DNA of 62,659 nt from contig JAJYPY010000001.1 in the NCBI GenBank assembly GCA_021794995.1, forward strand, positions 1-62,659, given 5' to 3'. Each line of letters begins with the position of its first letter. Within the stretch, counting starts at the first letter, position 1. Made by a program: the position numbers and the translations under genes. The notes under the pieces were generated by a model, which saw nothing but the letters and a program-made list of their open reading frames with translations, searched no databases and was not told where the DNA came from. Positions 27,007 to 36,634 of this stretch are shown piece by piece. Origin of the DNA: Actinomycetes bacterium. Its GTDB lineage: Bacteria > Actinomycetota > Acidimicrobiia > Acidimicrobiales > RAAP-2.

Positions 27007-27491
27007 GGCTGCACGAGCTCTCTTCGGCCCAGGGCTCGCGGCGCGCCAAGCGCCGCGTGGGGCGTGGGATCGGCGGCAAGGGTGGCAAGACCGCCGGCCG
27101 CGGCACGAAGGGCCAGCACGCCCGAGACACGGTTCCCGCCGGCTTCGAAGGCGGCCAGCTCCCGCTGATGCAGCGCATCCCGAAGTTACGCGGCTTTCAC
27201 AACCCGTTCCGGATCGAGTACACGCCCGTGAACCTCGACGCGCTCGGCGCGCTCGGCCTCGACGACGTCGACCCCGAGGGCCTCGTCGCGGCAGGCGTCG
27301 TGCGCAAGGGAGCCCTTGTCAAGGTGCTCGGGCGGGGGGAGATCTCCCGGCCGGTGCGCGTGCGGGCGCACGCGTTCTCGTCGTCCGCGGAGGCGGCCAT
27401 CACTGCCGCGGGTGGGACTGCCGAGCGCGTGGCGCTCCCGTTCGCCTCGGGCCGTCCGCCTGCCCGCGGCAACGCGCTCACGAACCGGTAG
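27003..27491 (+). CDS. rplO: 50S ribosomal protein L15
   Basis: ATG 27003 overlaps the rpmD stop. [41 protein letters not shown]...GFEGGQLPLMQRIPK. Confidence 0.93.
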   Translation: MRLHELSSAQGSRRAKRRVGRGIGGKGGKTAGRGTKGQHARDTVPAGFEGGQLPLMQRIPKLRGFHNPFRIEYTPVNLDALGALGLDDVDPEGLVAAGVVRKGALVKVLGRGEISRPVRVRAHAFSSSAEAAITAAGGTAERVALPFASGRPPARGNALTNR

Positions 27492-27494
27492 CCC

Positions 27495-28781
27495 ATGTTC
27501 TCGCGCCTCGGCAACATCTTCAGGGTGCCGGACCTCCGCAACAAGGTCCTGTTCACCCTCTTGATCATCGCCCTGTACCAGGTGGGGGCGAACGTGCCGG
27601 TCCCTGGCGTCAGCTGGGCCAAGCTCCAGTCCCTCGAGTCGACCGCGGGATCGTCCGGCGTGCTCGGCTTCTTGAACCTCTTTTCCGGCGGCGCGCTCGT
27701 CAGGCTCGCGATCTTCGGGCTCGGGGTCATGCCCTACATCACGAGCTCGATCATCATCCAGCTCCTGGCGACGGTCATCCCGAAGCTCGAGGAGTGGCGC
27801 GACCAGGGCGCTGTCGGTCAGAAGAAGATCACGCAGACGACGCGCTACCTGACGATCGCACTGGCGCTCATGCAGTCGACCGGCCTCGTCTACGCCTTTC
27901 ACGGACACGACTCCGCGCTCATCGGCTCGAGCATCAACCTGATCCCCAAGTTCACGATCCAGCTGGCGGCGTTCATGGTGCTCTGCCTCACCGCCGGCAC
28001 CGCGTTCGTCATGTGGCTCGCCGAGCTCATCACCCAGCGCGGGATCGGCCAAGGCATGTCGATCCTGATCTTCGCCAACGTCGTCGCCGCCATTCCGTCC
28101 GGTGGGAAAGGTCTCTACCAGGAAGGAGGGGCGTTCAAGTTCGGCGTGATCATCGCCGTGTCGCTCGTGCTGCTCGCATGCATCGTGTTCATGACACAGG
28201 GCCAACGGCGGATCCCCGTGACGTTCGCCAAGCGCATGGCGGGCAGGCGCATGTACGGGGGCCAGAGCACGTACATCCCGCTCAAGGTGAACCAGTCGGG
28301 CGTGATCCCGATCATCTTCGCGAGCTCGGTGCTCTACATCCCCGTGCTCCTCAGCAACGTGATCCCCACCGGCTCGTTCCAGACGTGGGTACGGGACAAC
28401 ATCACGCCGACGTCGCTCTTCTACATCCTCATGTACTTCGTGCTGATCGTGGCGTTCACGTTCTTCTACGTATACGTCGCGTTCGACCCGCACCAGCAGG
28501 CGGACATCATCCGCAAACAGGGGGGGTTCGTGCCGGGTATCCGACCGGGCGGTCCGACCGAGCGGTACTTCGCGCACATCCTGAACCGCATCACCGTTCC
28601 CGGCGCCTTGTTCCTCGGAGCGGTTGCGGTCATCCCCTCCCTGCTCATGGCGTTGTGGCACCTCAACCGCTTCCCCTTCTACGGGATCACGCTCCTGATC
28701 TCGGTCGGCGTCGCCTTGACAACCATGCGCCAGATCGACAGCCAGCTCATGATGCGCAACTACGAGGGATTCCTGAAGTAG
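27495..28781 (+). CDS. secY: preprotein translocase subunit SecY
   Basis: 428 aa, multi-TM, with LFSGGALVRLAIFGLGVMPYITSSIIIQLL and GIGQGMSILIF. Confidence 0.96.
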   Translation: MFSRLGNIFRVPDLRNKVLFTLLIIALYQVGANVPVPGVSWAKLQSLESTAGSSGVLGFLNLFSGGALVRLAIFGLGVMPYITSSIIIQLLATVIPKLEEWRDQGAVGQKKITQTTRYLTIALALMQSTGLVYAFHGHDSALIGSSINLIPKFTIQLAAFMVLCLTAGTAFVMWLAELITQRGIGQGMSILIFANVVAAIPSGGKGLYQEGGAFKFGVIIAVSLVLLACIVFMTQGQRRIPVTFAKRMAGRRMYGGQSTYIPLKVNQSGVIPIIFASSVLYIPVLLSNVIPTGSFQTWVRDNITPTSLFYILMYFVLIVAFTFFYVYVAFDPHQQADIIRKQGGFVPGIRPGGPTERYFAHILNRITVPGALFLGAVAVIPSLLMALWHLNRFPFYGITLLISVGVALTTMRQIDSQLMMRNYEGFLK

Positions 28782-28788
28782 GGCCTGG

Positions 28789-29448
28789 GTGGTTCCCGGC
28801 GTCAGGCTCGTGGTCCTCGGCAAACAGGGGGCTGGTAAGGGGACGCAGTGTGTGCGCCTCTCGCACCATTTCGTCGTTCCGCACGTCTCGACGGGCGACA
28901 TGCTGCGCCGCGAGGTGAAGTCGCAGACCGCCTTCGGCTTGCGCGCGAAGAAAGTGATGGACGACGGTGAGCTCATCCCCGACGACCTCATCATGGACAT
29001 GGTGGCGAGCAGGCTCTCCGAGCGCGACGCCCGTGCGAGGGGCTTCATCCTCGACGGCTGCCCGCGCACGATCGCGCAGGCGGAGCAGCTCGACGAGATC
29101 CTCGCCCCAGACCGCCTCGACCTGGTGATCGATCTCGAAGTGCCGACGGCGGTGGTCCTGAAGCGGCTGGCCTCGCGGCGGGTCTGCGTCGACTGCGGCA
29201 CGAACTACTCGGTCTCCTCTCCGCCTTCGGTGAACTGGACCTGTGACGTGTGCGGAGGCGAGGTCGTCCAACGTGAGGACGACACCGAAGATGCGATCCG
29301 CCGCAGGCTCGAGCTCTACGAGCGCCAGACGGCGCCCCTCATCGAGCACTACGAGCGTGCAGCGCTCCTGGCCCGCGTGAACGGGACCGGGCCGGCCGAC
29401 GTGGTGACCAAGCGCTGCGTCCAGGCGATCGGGGAGCGCCGAGCGTGA
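28789..29448 (+). CDS. adk: adenylate kinase (zinc-lid type)
   Basis: P-loop GKQGAGKGTQ and lid CVDCG...CDVCGG. GTG start. Confidence 0.93.
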   Translation: MVPGVRLVVLGKQGAGKGTQCVRLSHHFVVPHVSTGDMLRREVKSQTAFGLRAKKVMDDGELIPDDLIMDMVASRLSERDARARGFILDGCPRTIAQAEQLDEILAPDRLDLVIDLEVPTAVVLKRLASRRVCVDCGTNYSVSSPPSVNWTCDVCGGEVVQREDDTEDAIRRRLELYERQTAPLIEHYERAALLARVNGTGPADVVTKRCVQAIGERRA

Positions 29449-29458
29449 TGGGAGCTCG

Positions 29459-30199
29459 ATGAGGCGCAACGCTGCAGAGCTCGCCAAGATGCGCCGGGCC
29501 GGCAAGGTCGTCGCCGAGATGCACGAGCGCACCCGGGATGCCGTGCGGCCGGGGGTCACCACCCGCGAGCTCGACGCTGTCGCCCGGGACGTCCTCGACC
29601 GGCGAGGGGCGACGTCGAACTTCCTCGGCTACCACGGCTTCCCGGCGGTCATCTGCACGTCTCCGAACGAGATGATCGTGCACGGGATTCCTGGCGACTA
29701 CCGGCTCGAGGAGGGGGACATCATCTCGATCGACTGCGGCGCGATCGTGGAGGGGTACCACGGCGACGCCGCCTACACGATGGCGGTCGGCGAGGTTCCC
29801 GCTGGTGCCCGGAGGCTGATGGAGGTCACCGAGCGCAGCCTGTGGGCGGGGATCGACAAGCTCAGAAAGGGGCACCGGCTCCACGAAGTCGGACGGGCGG
29901 TGCAGGACGTGGCCGAGGCGGCCGGCTTTTCGGTGGTCCGAGAGTACGTCGGCCACGCCATCGGGACGGCGATGCACGAGCAACCCCAGGTGCCCAACTA
30001 CTGGCCGGGCACCCCGGGACCGACCCTCAAGTCGGGCATGGTCTTTGCGGTCGAGCCGATGGTGAACGCAGGGGGACCGCAGACCAAGCTGCTCGATGAC
30101 GGCTGGAGCGTCGTGACGGCGGACGGATCGCTGTCCGCCCACTTCGAGCACACGATTGCGGTGACCGACGACGGACCGGAGGTCTTCACGCTGCCCTGA
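29459..30199 (+). CDS. map: type I methionine aminopeptidase
   Basis: FLGYHGFPAVICTSPNEMIVHGIP...ISIDCGAIVEGYHGDAA...VGHAIG...FAVEPM...EHT metal ligands. Confidence 0.94.
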   Translation: MRRNAAELAKMRRAGKVVAEMHERTRDAVRPGVTTRELDAVARDVLDRRGATSNFLGYHGFPAVICTSPNEMIVHGIPGDYRLEEGDIISIDCGAIVEGYHGDAAYTMAVGEVPAGARRLMEVTERSLWAGIDKLRKGHRLHEVGRAVQDVAEAAGFSVVREYVGHAIGTAMHEQPQVPNYWPGTPGPTLKSGMVFAVEPMVNAGGPQTKLLDDGWSVVTADGSLSAHFEHTIAVTDDGPEVFTLP

Positions 30200-30217
30200 G
30201 GCCCCGCGCCGCCGCCG

Positions 30218-30246
30218 CTGGCAATTCACCGCCGATGGGGTAAACT
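30218..30246 (+). promoter_or_regulatory. Candidate promoter (CTGGCA-N17-TAAACT) for infA-rpmJ-rpsMKD-rpoA-rplQ
   Basis: The hexamers sit in the 132-nt map-infA spacer. The -35 element is weak. Confidence 0.3.
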
Positions 30247-30331
30247 CTTGGACCGTCTCGCCGCCATCTCGGCGGCAGGGGCAGCTCACACCATCAGGGT
30301 CCGCCGCCGCGCCGTTGCGCCGGCGGATCCG

Positions 30332-30583
30332 ATGCCGAGACGAGTCGAGGAGAGTCACCTGCCGAAGCCGAAAGAAGACGCCATCGTGCTGGAGGGCACG
30401 GTGGTGGAACCGCTGCCCAATGCGATGTTCCGCGTGGAGCTCGAGAACGGGCACAAGGTGCTGGCCCACAGCTCCGGGAAGATGCGCATGCACCGTATCC
30501 GCATCCTGCCGGGCGACAAGGTCCAGGTCGAGATCACTCCGTACGACCTGAACCGCGGGCGGATTACCTATCGGTACAAGTAG
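30332..30583 (+). CDS. infA: translation initiation factor IF-1 (start uncertain: ATG 30332 or CTG 30359)
   Basis: [63 protein letters not shown]. The ORF-track start at 30248 is unconserved. Confidence 0.88.
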   Translation: MPRRVEESHLPKPKEDAIVLEGTVVEPLPNAMFRVELENGHKVLAHSSGKMRMHRIRILPGDKVQVEITPYDLNRGRITYRYK

Positions 30584-30605
30584 GCGGGCGCAGGAAAGGA
30601 ACGTC

Positions 30606-30719
30606 ATGAAGGTACGACCGAGCGTGAAGCCGATCTGCGAGAAGTGCAAGGTGATCCGCCGGCACGGCCGCGTCGTCGTCATCTGCGACAACCCCCGGCA
30701 CAAGCAGCGCCAGGGATAG
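30606..30719 (+). CDS. rpmJ: 50S ribosomal protein L36 (zinc-binding form); not in the supplied ORF track
   Basis: Hand translation gives [37 protein letters not shown] followed by TAG, between infA and rpsM as expected. Confidence 0.92.
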   Translation: MKVRPSVKPICEKCKVIRRHGRVVVICDNPRHKQRQG

Positions 30720-30743
30720 GACAGGGATAGGAGAGAGCAGCAC

Positions 30744-31121
30744 ATGGCCCGCATCGCCGGTGTGGACGTTCCGCGCGAGAAGCGCTTGGAGGTGTCCCTC
30801 ACCTACATCTACGGGATCGGCCCGACCCGTGCGCGCGAGATCTGCGCGCGTACCGAGGTCGACCCGAACACCCGGGTCCGCGACCTGACCGACGAAGAGG
30901 TCATCCGGCTTCGAAACGACATCGACGGCAACCTCGAGGTGGAGGGCGACCTGCGCCGAGACGTCGCCCAGGACATCAAGCGCAAGATGGAGATCAACTG
31001 CTACCAGGGGATCCGCCATCGCAGGGGCCTGCCGGTCCACGGGCAGCGCACCCACACGAACGCACGCACGCGAAAGGGCCCGAAGAAGACGGTGGCCGGG
31101 AAGAAGAAGGTTCGCAAGTAG
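30744..31121 (+). CDS. rpsM: 30S ribosomal protein S13
   Basis: [33 protein letters not shown]. Confidence 0.95.
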   Translation: MARIAGVDVPREKRLEVSLTYIYGIGPTRAREICARTEVDPNTRVRDLTDEEVIRLRNDIDGNLEVEGDLRRDVAQDIKRKMEINCYQGIRHRRGLPVHGQRTHTNARTRKGPKKTVAGKKKVRK

Positions 31122-31529
31122 ATGCCGAGGCCGACCAAACAGCAGGGCACCGTCCGCCGCCCGCGTCGTCGCGAGCGCAAGAACATCAGCTACGGCGTGG
31201 CCCACATCAAGAGCTCGTTCAACAACACGATCGTCTCGATCGCCGACCCCGAGGGCAACGTGCTCGCCTGGGCATCGGCCGGCAACGTGGGCTTCAAGGG
31301 CTCCCGCAAGTCCACGCCGTTCGCGGCGCAGCTCGCCGCCGAGTCGTGCGCGCGCAAGGCCATGGAGCACGGTGTCCGCAAGGTCGACGTGCTCGTGCGG
31401 GGTCCCGGATCGGGCCGTGAGACCGCCATCCGGTCGCTGGCCGCGGCTGGGATCGAGGTCGTCGGTATCAAAGACGTGACCCCGATCCCGCACAACGGCT
31501 GCCGCCCCAAGAAGCGGCGCAGGGTCTGA
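31122..31529 (+). CDS. rpsK: 30S ribosomal protein S11
   Basis: [46 protein letters not shown]. Confidence 0.95.
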   Translation: MPRPTKQQGTVRRPRRRERKNISYGVAHIKSSFNNTIVSIADPEGNVLAWASAGNVGFKGSRKSTPFAAQLAAESCARKAMEHGVRKVDVLVRGPGSGRETAIRSLAAAGIEVVGIKDVTPIPHNGCRPKKRRRV

Positions 31530-31539
31530 GGGGCCGGCG

Positions 31540-32187
31540 ATGGCACGCTATACGGGACCTGTCTGTCGGCTCTGCCGGCGCGAGCGCACGAAATTGTTCT
31601 TGAAGGGAGAACGCTGCTTCTCACTCAAGTGCCCGGTGTCCGAGGCGGTGACCGACCGGCACAGCCGGGCGTACCCTCCCGGCGAGCACGGGCGCGACCG
31701 GATGCGTCAAGGCTCCGAGTACCTCGCCCAGCTGCGTGAGAAGCAGAAGGCACGGCGGATCTACGGGGTCTTCGAAAAGCAGTTCCGCAACCTCTACGAA
31801 GAGGCGGACCGCCAACCCGGCATCACCGGCGAGAACCTCCTGCGGATGCTCGAGATGCGGCTCGACAACGTCGCCTTCCGAGCGGGCTGGGGCGCGAGTC
31901 GCGCCCAGGCTCGCCAACTGGTCCGCCACGGCCACGTGCTCGTGAACGCCAAGCGGGTGACGATCCCGAGCTACCGCGTGCGGCAAGGAGACACGGTGAC
32001 GCTCAAGCAGTCGTCCCGAGAGGTCTTCGTCGTGCGCAGGAACATGGATACCCTCGACCGCCAACGACCCCCGTGGCTCGAGGCAGCGGAAGGGGGATTC
32101 AGCGTCGAGGTCTTGAACCCGCCGCTGCGCGACCACATCGACGAGCCGGTGCAAGAGCAGCTCATCGTCGAGTACTACTCCAAGTAA
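31540..32187 (+). CDS. rpsD: 30S ribosomal protein S4 (zinc-finger form)
   Basis: [31 protein letters not shown]...[17 protein letters not shown]. Confidence 0.95.
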   Translation: MARYTGPVCRLCRRERTKLFLKGERCFSLKCPVSEAVTDRHSRAYPPGEHGRDRMRQGSEYLAQLREKQKARRIYGVFEKQFRNLYEEADRQPGITGENLLRMLEMRLDNVAFRAGWGASRAQARQLVRHGHVLVNAKRVTIPSYRVRQGDTVTLKQSSREVFVVRRNMDTLDRQRPPWLEAAEGGFSVEVLNPPLRDHIDEPVQEQLIVEYYSK

Positions 32188-32207
32188 GCGAACGAGGAAC
32201 CACACCG

Positions 32208-33146
32208 ATGCTCATCATTCAACGACCCACCGTCGAGGTCCTCGAAGAGGACGGCGGCGACCGCCAGCGGTTTGCCGTCGGCCCGCTCGACCCCGGATTC
32301 GGCCACACGTTGGGCAACGCACTGCGCCGAACGCTGCTGTCGTCGATCCCGGGAGCCGCGGTGACCCAGGTGCGCTTCGACGAGGCCCTTCACGAGTTCG
32401 CCACGTTGCCGGGCGTCAAAGAGGACGTCACCGACATCATCTTGAACCTGAAGGATCTCCTCGTCCGCGTCCACACCGACGAGCCGGTCACGCTGCGCTT
32501 CGACAAGCGAGGTCCCGGCGACGGCGTCGGCGGTGACCTGCAGACCACCGCGGACGTCGAGATCTTGAATCCCGACCTGCACATCGCGACGTTGAACGCC
32601 AAGGCGCACCTCGCCTTCGACGTGACCGTCGAGCGCGGGAGGGGCTACGTCTCGGCGGACCGCAACAAGAAGTCGTCGACCATCGGGGTGATTCCGATCG
32701 ACTCGATCTTCTCTCCGGTGCGACGTGTCACCTTCCAGGTGGAGCCGGTCCGGGTGGAGCAGTCGACGGACTTCGACAGGCTCGTGCTCGACGTCGAGAC
32801 CGACGGATCGATCACGCCCCGTGAGGCGCTCGCGTCGGCAGGCGACACGCTGCGCACCCTCGTCGGCCTGGTGGCAGACCTGGAGGAGTCTCCCCAGGGA
32901 CTCGAGCTCGGCGAGACCGGGAGCGTTTCGGGCGGCTCGCCGGACCTCGATCTGCGCATCGAGGAGCTCGACCTCTCGGAGCGCCCCCGCAACTGCTTGA
33001 AGCGTGCGCAGGTCAACACGATCGGCGAGCTCGTCGAGCGCACCGAGGACGAGCTCCTCGCGATCACGAACTTCGGACAGAAGTCCCTCGACGAGGTGAT
33101 CCAGCGCCTTGACGAGCGCGGACTGTCCCTCAGGAGCAAGGACTAG
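32208..33146 (+). CDS. rpoA: DNA-directed RNA polymerase subunit alpha
   Basis: ATG 32208 gives MLIIQRPTVEVLEE...FAVGPLDPGFGHTLGNALRRTLLSSIPGAAV. The C-terminal domain is LDLSERPRNCLKRAQVNTIGELV. Confidence 0.95.
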   Translation: MLIIQRPTVEVLEEDGGDRQRFAVGPLDPGFGHTLGNALRRTLLSSIPGAAVTQVRFDEALHEFATLPGVKEDVTDIILNLKDLLVRVHTDEPVTLRFDKRGPGDGVGGDLQTTADVEILNPDLHIATLNAKAHLAFDVTVERGRGYVSADRNKKSSTIGVIPIDSIFSPVRRVTFQVEPVRVEQSTDFDRLVLDVETDGSITPREALASAGDTLRTLVGLVADLEESPQGLELGETGSVSGGSPDLDLRIEELDLSERPRNCLKRAQVNTIGELVERTEDELLAITNFGQKSLDEVIQRLDERGLSLRSKD

Positions 33147-33148
33147 CC

Positions 33149-33502
33149 ATGCAGGGCACGCCGAAGCGCGGACGACGCATGGGCGGCGACGCCGCCCACC
33201 AGAAGGCGATGCTGGGCAACCTCGTCGCCTCGCTCATCGCGGCAGAGTCGCTCGTGACGACGGAGACCAAGGCGAAGATGCTGCGGCCGGTCGCCGAGAA
33301 GTGCATCACGGCCGCGCGCAAGGGCGGCGTCCACCAGCACCGCCAGGTCGTGGCTCTGATCCGCGATCGCGACATGGCACACAAGCTCTTCGACGAGATC
33401 GCCCCCCGTTACGCGGAGCGCCCGGGTGGCTACACGCGGATCTTGAAGCTCGGGCCGCGACCGGGCGACAACGCCCCGATGGCCCGCATCGAGCTGGTCT
33501 GA
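33149..33502 (+). CDS. rplQ: 50S ribosomal protein L17
   Basis: HQKAMLGNLVASLIAAESLVTTETKAKMLRPVAEKCIT...GGYTRILKLGPRPGDNAPMARIELV. Confidence 0.94.
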   Translation: MQGTPKRGRRMGGDAAHQKAMLGNLVASLIAAESLVTTETKAKMLRPVAEKCITAARKGGVHQHRQVVALIRDRDMAHKLFDEIAPRYAERPGGYTRILKLGPRPGDNAPMARIELV

Positions 33503-33522
33503 CGGCGATTCGACGCTGGCGG

Positions 33523-34359
33523 TTGCTGCTGGCCTACGACGGCAGCGGCTTCCGGGGGTTTGCCGCCCAGCCCGGCGTCCCGACCGTGGCCGGTGCGCTG
33601 TCCCAGGCGATCGCGCGGGCCGCGCGCCTGGAGGAGCCGCCGGTGATCGTGTGCGCGGGGCGCACCGACGCTGGCGTTCATGCGTCGGCCCAGGTCGCCC
33701 ACGTCGACCTTCCCCTCGACTACGACGGGGACCTCGCCAGGGCGGTGAACCGCCAGACCGCGCCGGCTCTCGTGGTGCGTGCCGCCGACCCGGTCACCGA
33801 GGAGTTCGACGCCCGTCGAACCGCGACGGCGCGCCACTACCGGTACCTGGTGTGGAGCTCCCCGGTGCCGGACCCGCTGCTCGCACCCATGGCGTGGCAC
33901 GTGCGCGACCCCCTCGACGTCCGAGCGATGGCCGCGGCGTCCGATCCCCTTGTCGGCGAGCATGACTTCCGCGCGTTTTGCCGCAAGGCTCCGGGCGCCC
34001 GGGCGCAGGATCCCATCGTGCGCCGGGTGCGTGCAGCAGACTGGCGCCCGGTCTCAGCGGACTGGATCTCGGGTGCGGGCTCCGGGTCGCCGCCGACGCC
34101 GCCCCCGGTCCTGCTGCGGTTCGACATCGTGGCGGACTCCTTCTGCCACCAGATGGTCCGCTCGGTCGTCGCGGTGCTCGTCGACGCCGGGCGCCGCCGC
34201 GCGACGGCCGCCACGGTCATGGAGCTCCTGGCTTCGCCCAGCAGGGCCGGGGCACCCCAGCCGGCACCCCCGCACGGTCTGTGCCTGGTCCGCGTCGACT
34301 ATGCCGCGGGGGTCGCACAGACCGGGCCCGGGGCGGCGGCGGGGACCGTCACCGGGTAG
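33523..34359 (+). CDS. truA: tRNA pseudouridine(38-40) synthase TruA (start uncertain)
   Basis: [18 protein letters not shown]...[12 protein letters not shown] contains the catalytic Asp motif. There is no in-frame ATG or GTG after the rplQ stop. TTG 33523 was chosen; CTG 33499 is also possible. Confidence 0.8.
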   Translation: MLLAYDGSGFRGFAAQPGVPTVAGALSQAIARAARLEEPPVIVCAGRTDAGVHASAQVAHVDLPLDYDGDLARAVNRQTAPALVVRAADPVTEEFDARRTATARHYRYLVWSSPVPDPLLAPMAWHVRDPLDVRAMAAASDPLVGEHDFRAFCRKAPGARAQDPIVRRVRAADWRPVSADWISGAGSGSPPTPPPVLLRFDIVADSFCHQMVRSVVAVLVDAGRRRATAATVMELLASPSRAGAPQPAPPHGLCLVRVDYAAGVAQTGPGAAAGTVTG

Positions 34360-34385
34360 CATGGCCGTCGACGGCGGGGGTCGGC

Positions 34386-34415
34386 TTGCTCCGGCTCCTT
34401 TCGCCCCGTTAGGCT
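34386..34415 (+). promoter_or_regulatory. Candidate promoter (TTGCTC-N18-TAGGCT) for rplM-rpsI
   Basis: Hexamers were read directly from the sequence in the 91-nt truA-rplM spacer. Confidence 0.35.
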
Positions 34416-34450
34416 TTCTTGCCGTCTCAGCGACCTTTCGAGGAACTCTC

Positions 34451-34900
34451 TTGCGTACCTACACCCCCAAAGCGGGCGAGATCGAGCGTGCCTGGCACCT
34501 CGTCGACGCCGATGGCCTCGTGCTCGGCCGGATGGCAACCGAAGTGGCGCGCCTGCTGCGCGGCAAGCACCGCCCGACGTTCGCACCGCACGTCGACACC
34601 GGCGACCACGTCGTCGTGGTGAACGCCGGCAAGGTCGTGCTCACCTCCGGAAAGGCCGACGACAAGTTCGCCTACCGTCACAGCGGCTACCCCGGCGGCC
34701 TCAAGAAGACCAGCTATGCCGAGCTGCTCGACCGCAGCCCCGAGGAGCTGGTGCGTCGGGCGGTGCGCGGGATGCTCCCCAAGGGCACCCTCGGACGCCA
34801 GCAGCTGGCGAAGCTCAAGGTCTACGCAGGCGCGGAGCACCCGCACGAGGCGCAGGCGCCCCAGCCACTCGAGATCGCCTCGGCGCGGCGGGCAGGCTGA
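34451..34900 (+). CDS. rplM: 50S ribosomal protein L13
   Basis: TTG 34451, 6 nt after GAGGA, gives (M)[39 protein letters not shown]. Confidence 0.9.
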   Translation: MRTYTPKAGEIERAWHLVDADGLVLGRMATEVARLLRGKHRPTFAPHVDTGDHVVVVNAGKVVLTSGKADDKFAYRHSGYPGGLKKTSYAELLDRSPEELVRRAVRGMLPKGTLGRQQLAKLKVYAGAEHPHEAQAPQPLEIASARRAG

Positions 34901-34901
34901 C

Positions 34902-35294
34902 GTGCCCGCCCCCCTTTCCCAGACGATCGGTCGCCGCAAGGAAGCGGTGGCCCGCGTACGGTTCCGGCCCGGGCAGGGCGCCATCACGGTGAACCGCCGC
35001 ACGTTCGAGGACTACTTCCCTTCGGCGACGCACCGGATGCTCGCGAGCGAGCCGCTGCGGGTGACGAGCCTCACCGAGGCCTACGACATCGACGCCACGA
35101 TCGACGGGGGCGGCATGTCGGGACAGGCGGGCGCGCTGCGTCTCGGTATCGCGCGCGCGTTGTGCGCGCTCGACCCCGAGCTGCGTGGCGCCCTCAAGCG
35201 TGCCGGGCTTCTCACCCGCGACGCGCGGGAGAAGGAGTCCAAGAAGTACGGGCTCAAGAAAGCCCGCAAGGCCCCCCAGTACTCCAAGCGGTAG
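34902..35294 (+). CDS. rpsI: 30S ribosomal protein S9
   Basis: GTG 34902 gives [22 protein letters not shown]...[19 protein letters not shown]...[24 protein letters not shown]. Confidence 0.93.
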   Translation: MPAPLSQTIGRRKEAVARVRFRPGQGAITVNRRTFEDYFPSATHRMLASEPLRVTSLTEAYDIDATIDGGGMSGQAGALRLGIARALCALDPELRGALKRAGLLTRDAREKESKKYGLKKARKAPQYSKR

Positions 35295-35298
35295 CGCG

Positions 35299-36624
35299 TT
35301 GGCGCGACCGGGCTTCGGCACCGACGGGGTGCGCGGGGTCGCCAATCTCGAGCTCACTGCGGAGCTGGCCACCGCACTCGGCCGCGCGGCCGCGAGCGTG
35401 CTCGGTGCACCGGCGTTCGTCGTGGGGCGGGACACGCGCCAGTCCGGCACGATGCTGCAGGCCGCACTGTCCGCGGGCATCGCGTCGGGAGGCACCGACG
35501 TGATCGACCTCGGCGTGCTTCCCACCGCCGGGATCGCCTTCTCGGCAGAGCACCTGGGCCTGCCCGGGGCGATGGTCTCAGCGTCGCACAATCCTTTTGC
35601 CGACAACGGCATCAAGTTCTTCGACTCATCCGGCGTGAAGCTCGCTCCGGCACTCGAGGCGCGCATAGAGGCAGCGCTCGGCATGGGTGCACCGCCTGGG
35701 CGCGTGGGGTCCCTGGACCACTGCGCGTCCGCCATCGACGACTACCGGCGGCATCTCCGTGACGCGCTCGAGGGTCGGCGCCTCGACGGACTTCGTGTCG
35801 TGGTCGACTGCGCGCACGGCGCCGCGTCGGCGATCGCTCCCGAGGTGCTCGCCGACGTCGGCGCATCGGTGGAGGCGATCTGTGCCGAGCCCGACGGCAC
35901 CAACATCAACGACGGGTGCGGTTCCACGGCGCCCGGGCGCCTCTGCGACGAGGTGGTCGCGCGCGGCGCGGACCTCGGTCTCGCGCTCGACGGCGACGCC
36001 GACCGGCTCGTGGCGGTCGACCACCGCGGCACCGTGCTCGACGGCGACGTCCTCCTCGCGATCTTCGCGATCGAGCTCGCGCGGCGCGGCGAGCTCACCG
36101 GCAATGCCGTCGTCGTGACGGTGATGACGAATCTCGGCTTCCGCCGCGCGATGTCGCGCCGCGGCATCGCCGTCTACGAGACCCCCGTGGGCGACCGCCA
36201 AGTGCTCGCCGCGCTCGACGAACGGGGCCTCGCCCTCGGTGGCGAGCAATCGGGCCACATCGTCTTTCGCCGTCGGGCGACGACGGGTGACGGTGTGCTC
36301 ACCGGGCTCCTGCTCGCCGACACCCTCGTGCGATCCGGCCGAGCGCTCTGCGAGCTCGCCGACGGGCTGGTCGAACGGGTGCCCCAGGTCCTCGTGAACG
36401 TCGCCGTGCGCGAGCCCGGACGGCTTGCCGGCGCGCAGACCGTCTGGGAGGCGGTGGCGCAGATCGAGGCGGAGCTCGGCGGAGAGGGACGGGTGCTCCT
36501 GCGAGCAAGCGGCACCGAGCCGCTGGTGCGGGTCATGGTGGAGGCGCCCACCCCCGACGTCGCCGCGGACTGTGCCCGGCGCCTCATCAAGGCCGTCGAG
36601 GGGTCGCTCGGCGGGGGCGGATAG
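35299..36624 (+). CDS. glmM: phosphoglucosamine mutase
   Basis: FGTDGVRGVAN and the active-site SASHNPFADNGIKFF. TTG start 4 nt after the rpsI stop. Confidence 0.92.
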   Translation: MARPGFGTDGVRGVANLELTAELATALGRAAASVLGAPAFVVGRDTRQSGTMLQAALSAGIASGGTDVIDLGVLPTAGIAFSAEHLGLPGAMVSASHNPFADNGIKFFDSSGVKLAPALEARIEAALGMGAPPGRVGSLDHCASAIDDYRRHLRDALEGRRLDGLRVVVDCAHGAASAIAPEVLADVGASVEAICAEPDGTNINDGCGSTAPGRLCDEVVARGADLGLALDGDADRLVAVDHRGTVLDGDVLLAIFAIELARRGELTGNAVVVTVMTNLGFRRAMSRRGIAVYETPVGDRQVLAALDERGLALGGEQSGHIVFRRRATTGDGVLTGLLLADTLVRSGRALCELADGLVERVPQVLVNVAVREPGRLAGAQTVWEAVAQIEAELGGEGRVLLRASGTEPLVRVMVEAPTPDVAADCARRLIKAVEGSLGGGG

Positions 36625-36634
36625 CCTCACCCCC

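Noticed and set aside
36625-36634. Possibility of a glmS ribozyme upstream of glmS.
   Set aside because: Only 10 nt separate glmM and glmS, which leaves no room for the ~170-nt ribozyme. The gene is evidently co-transcribed with glmM.
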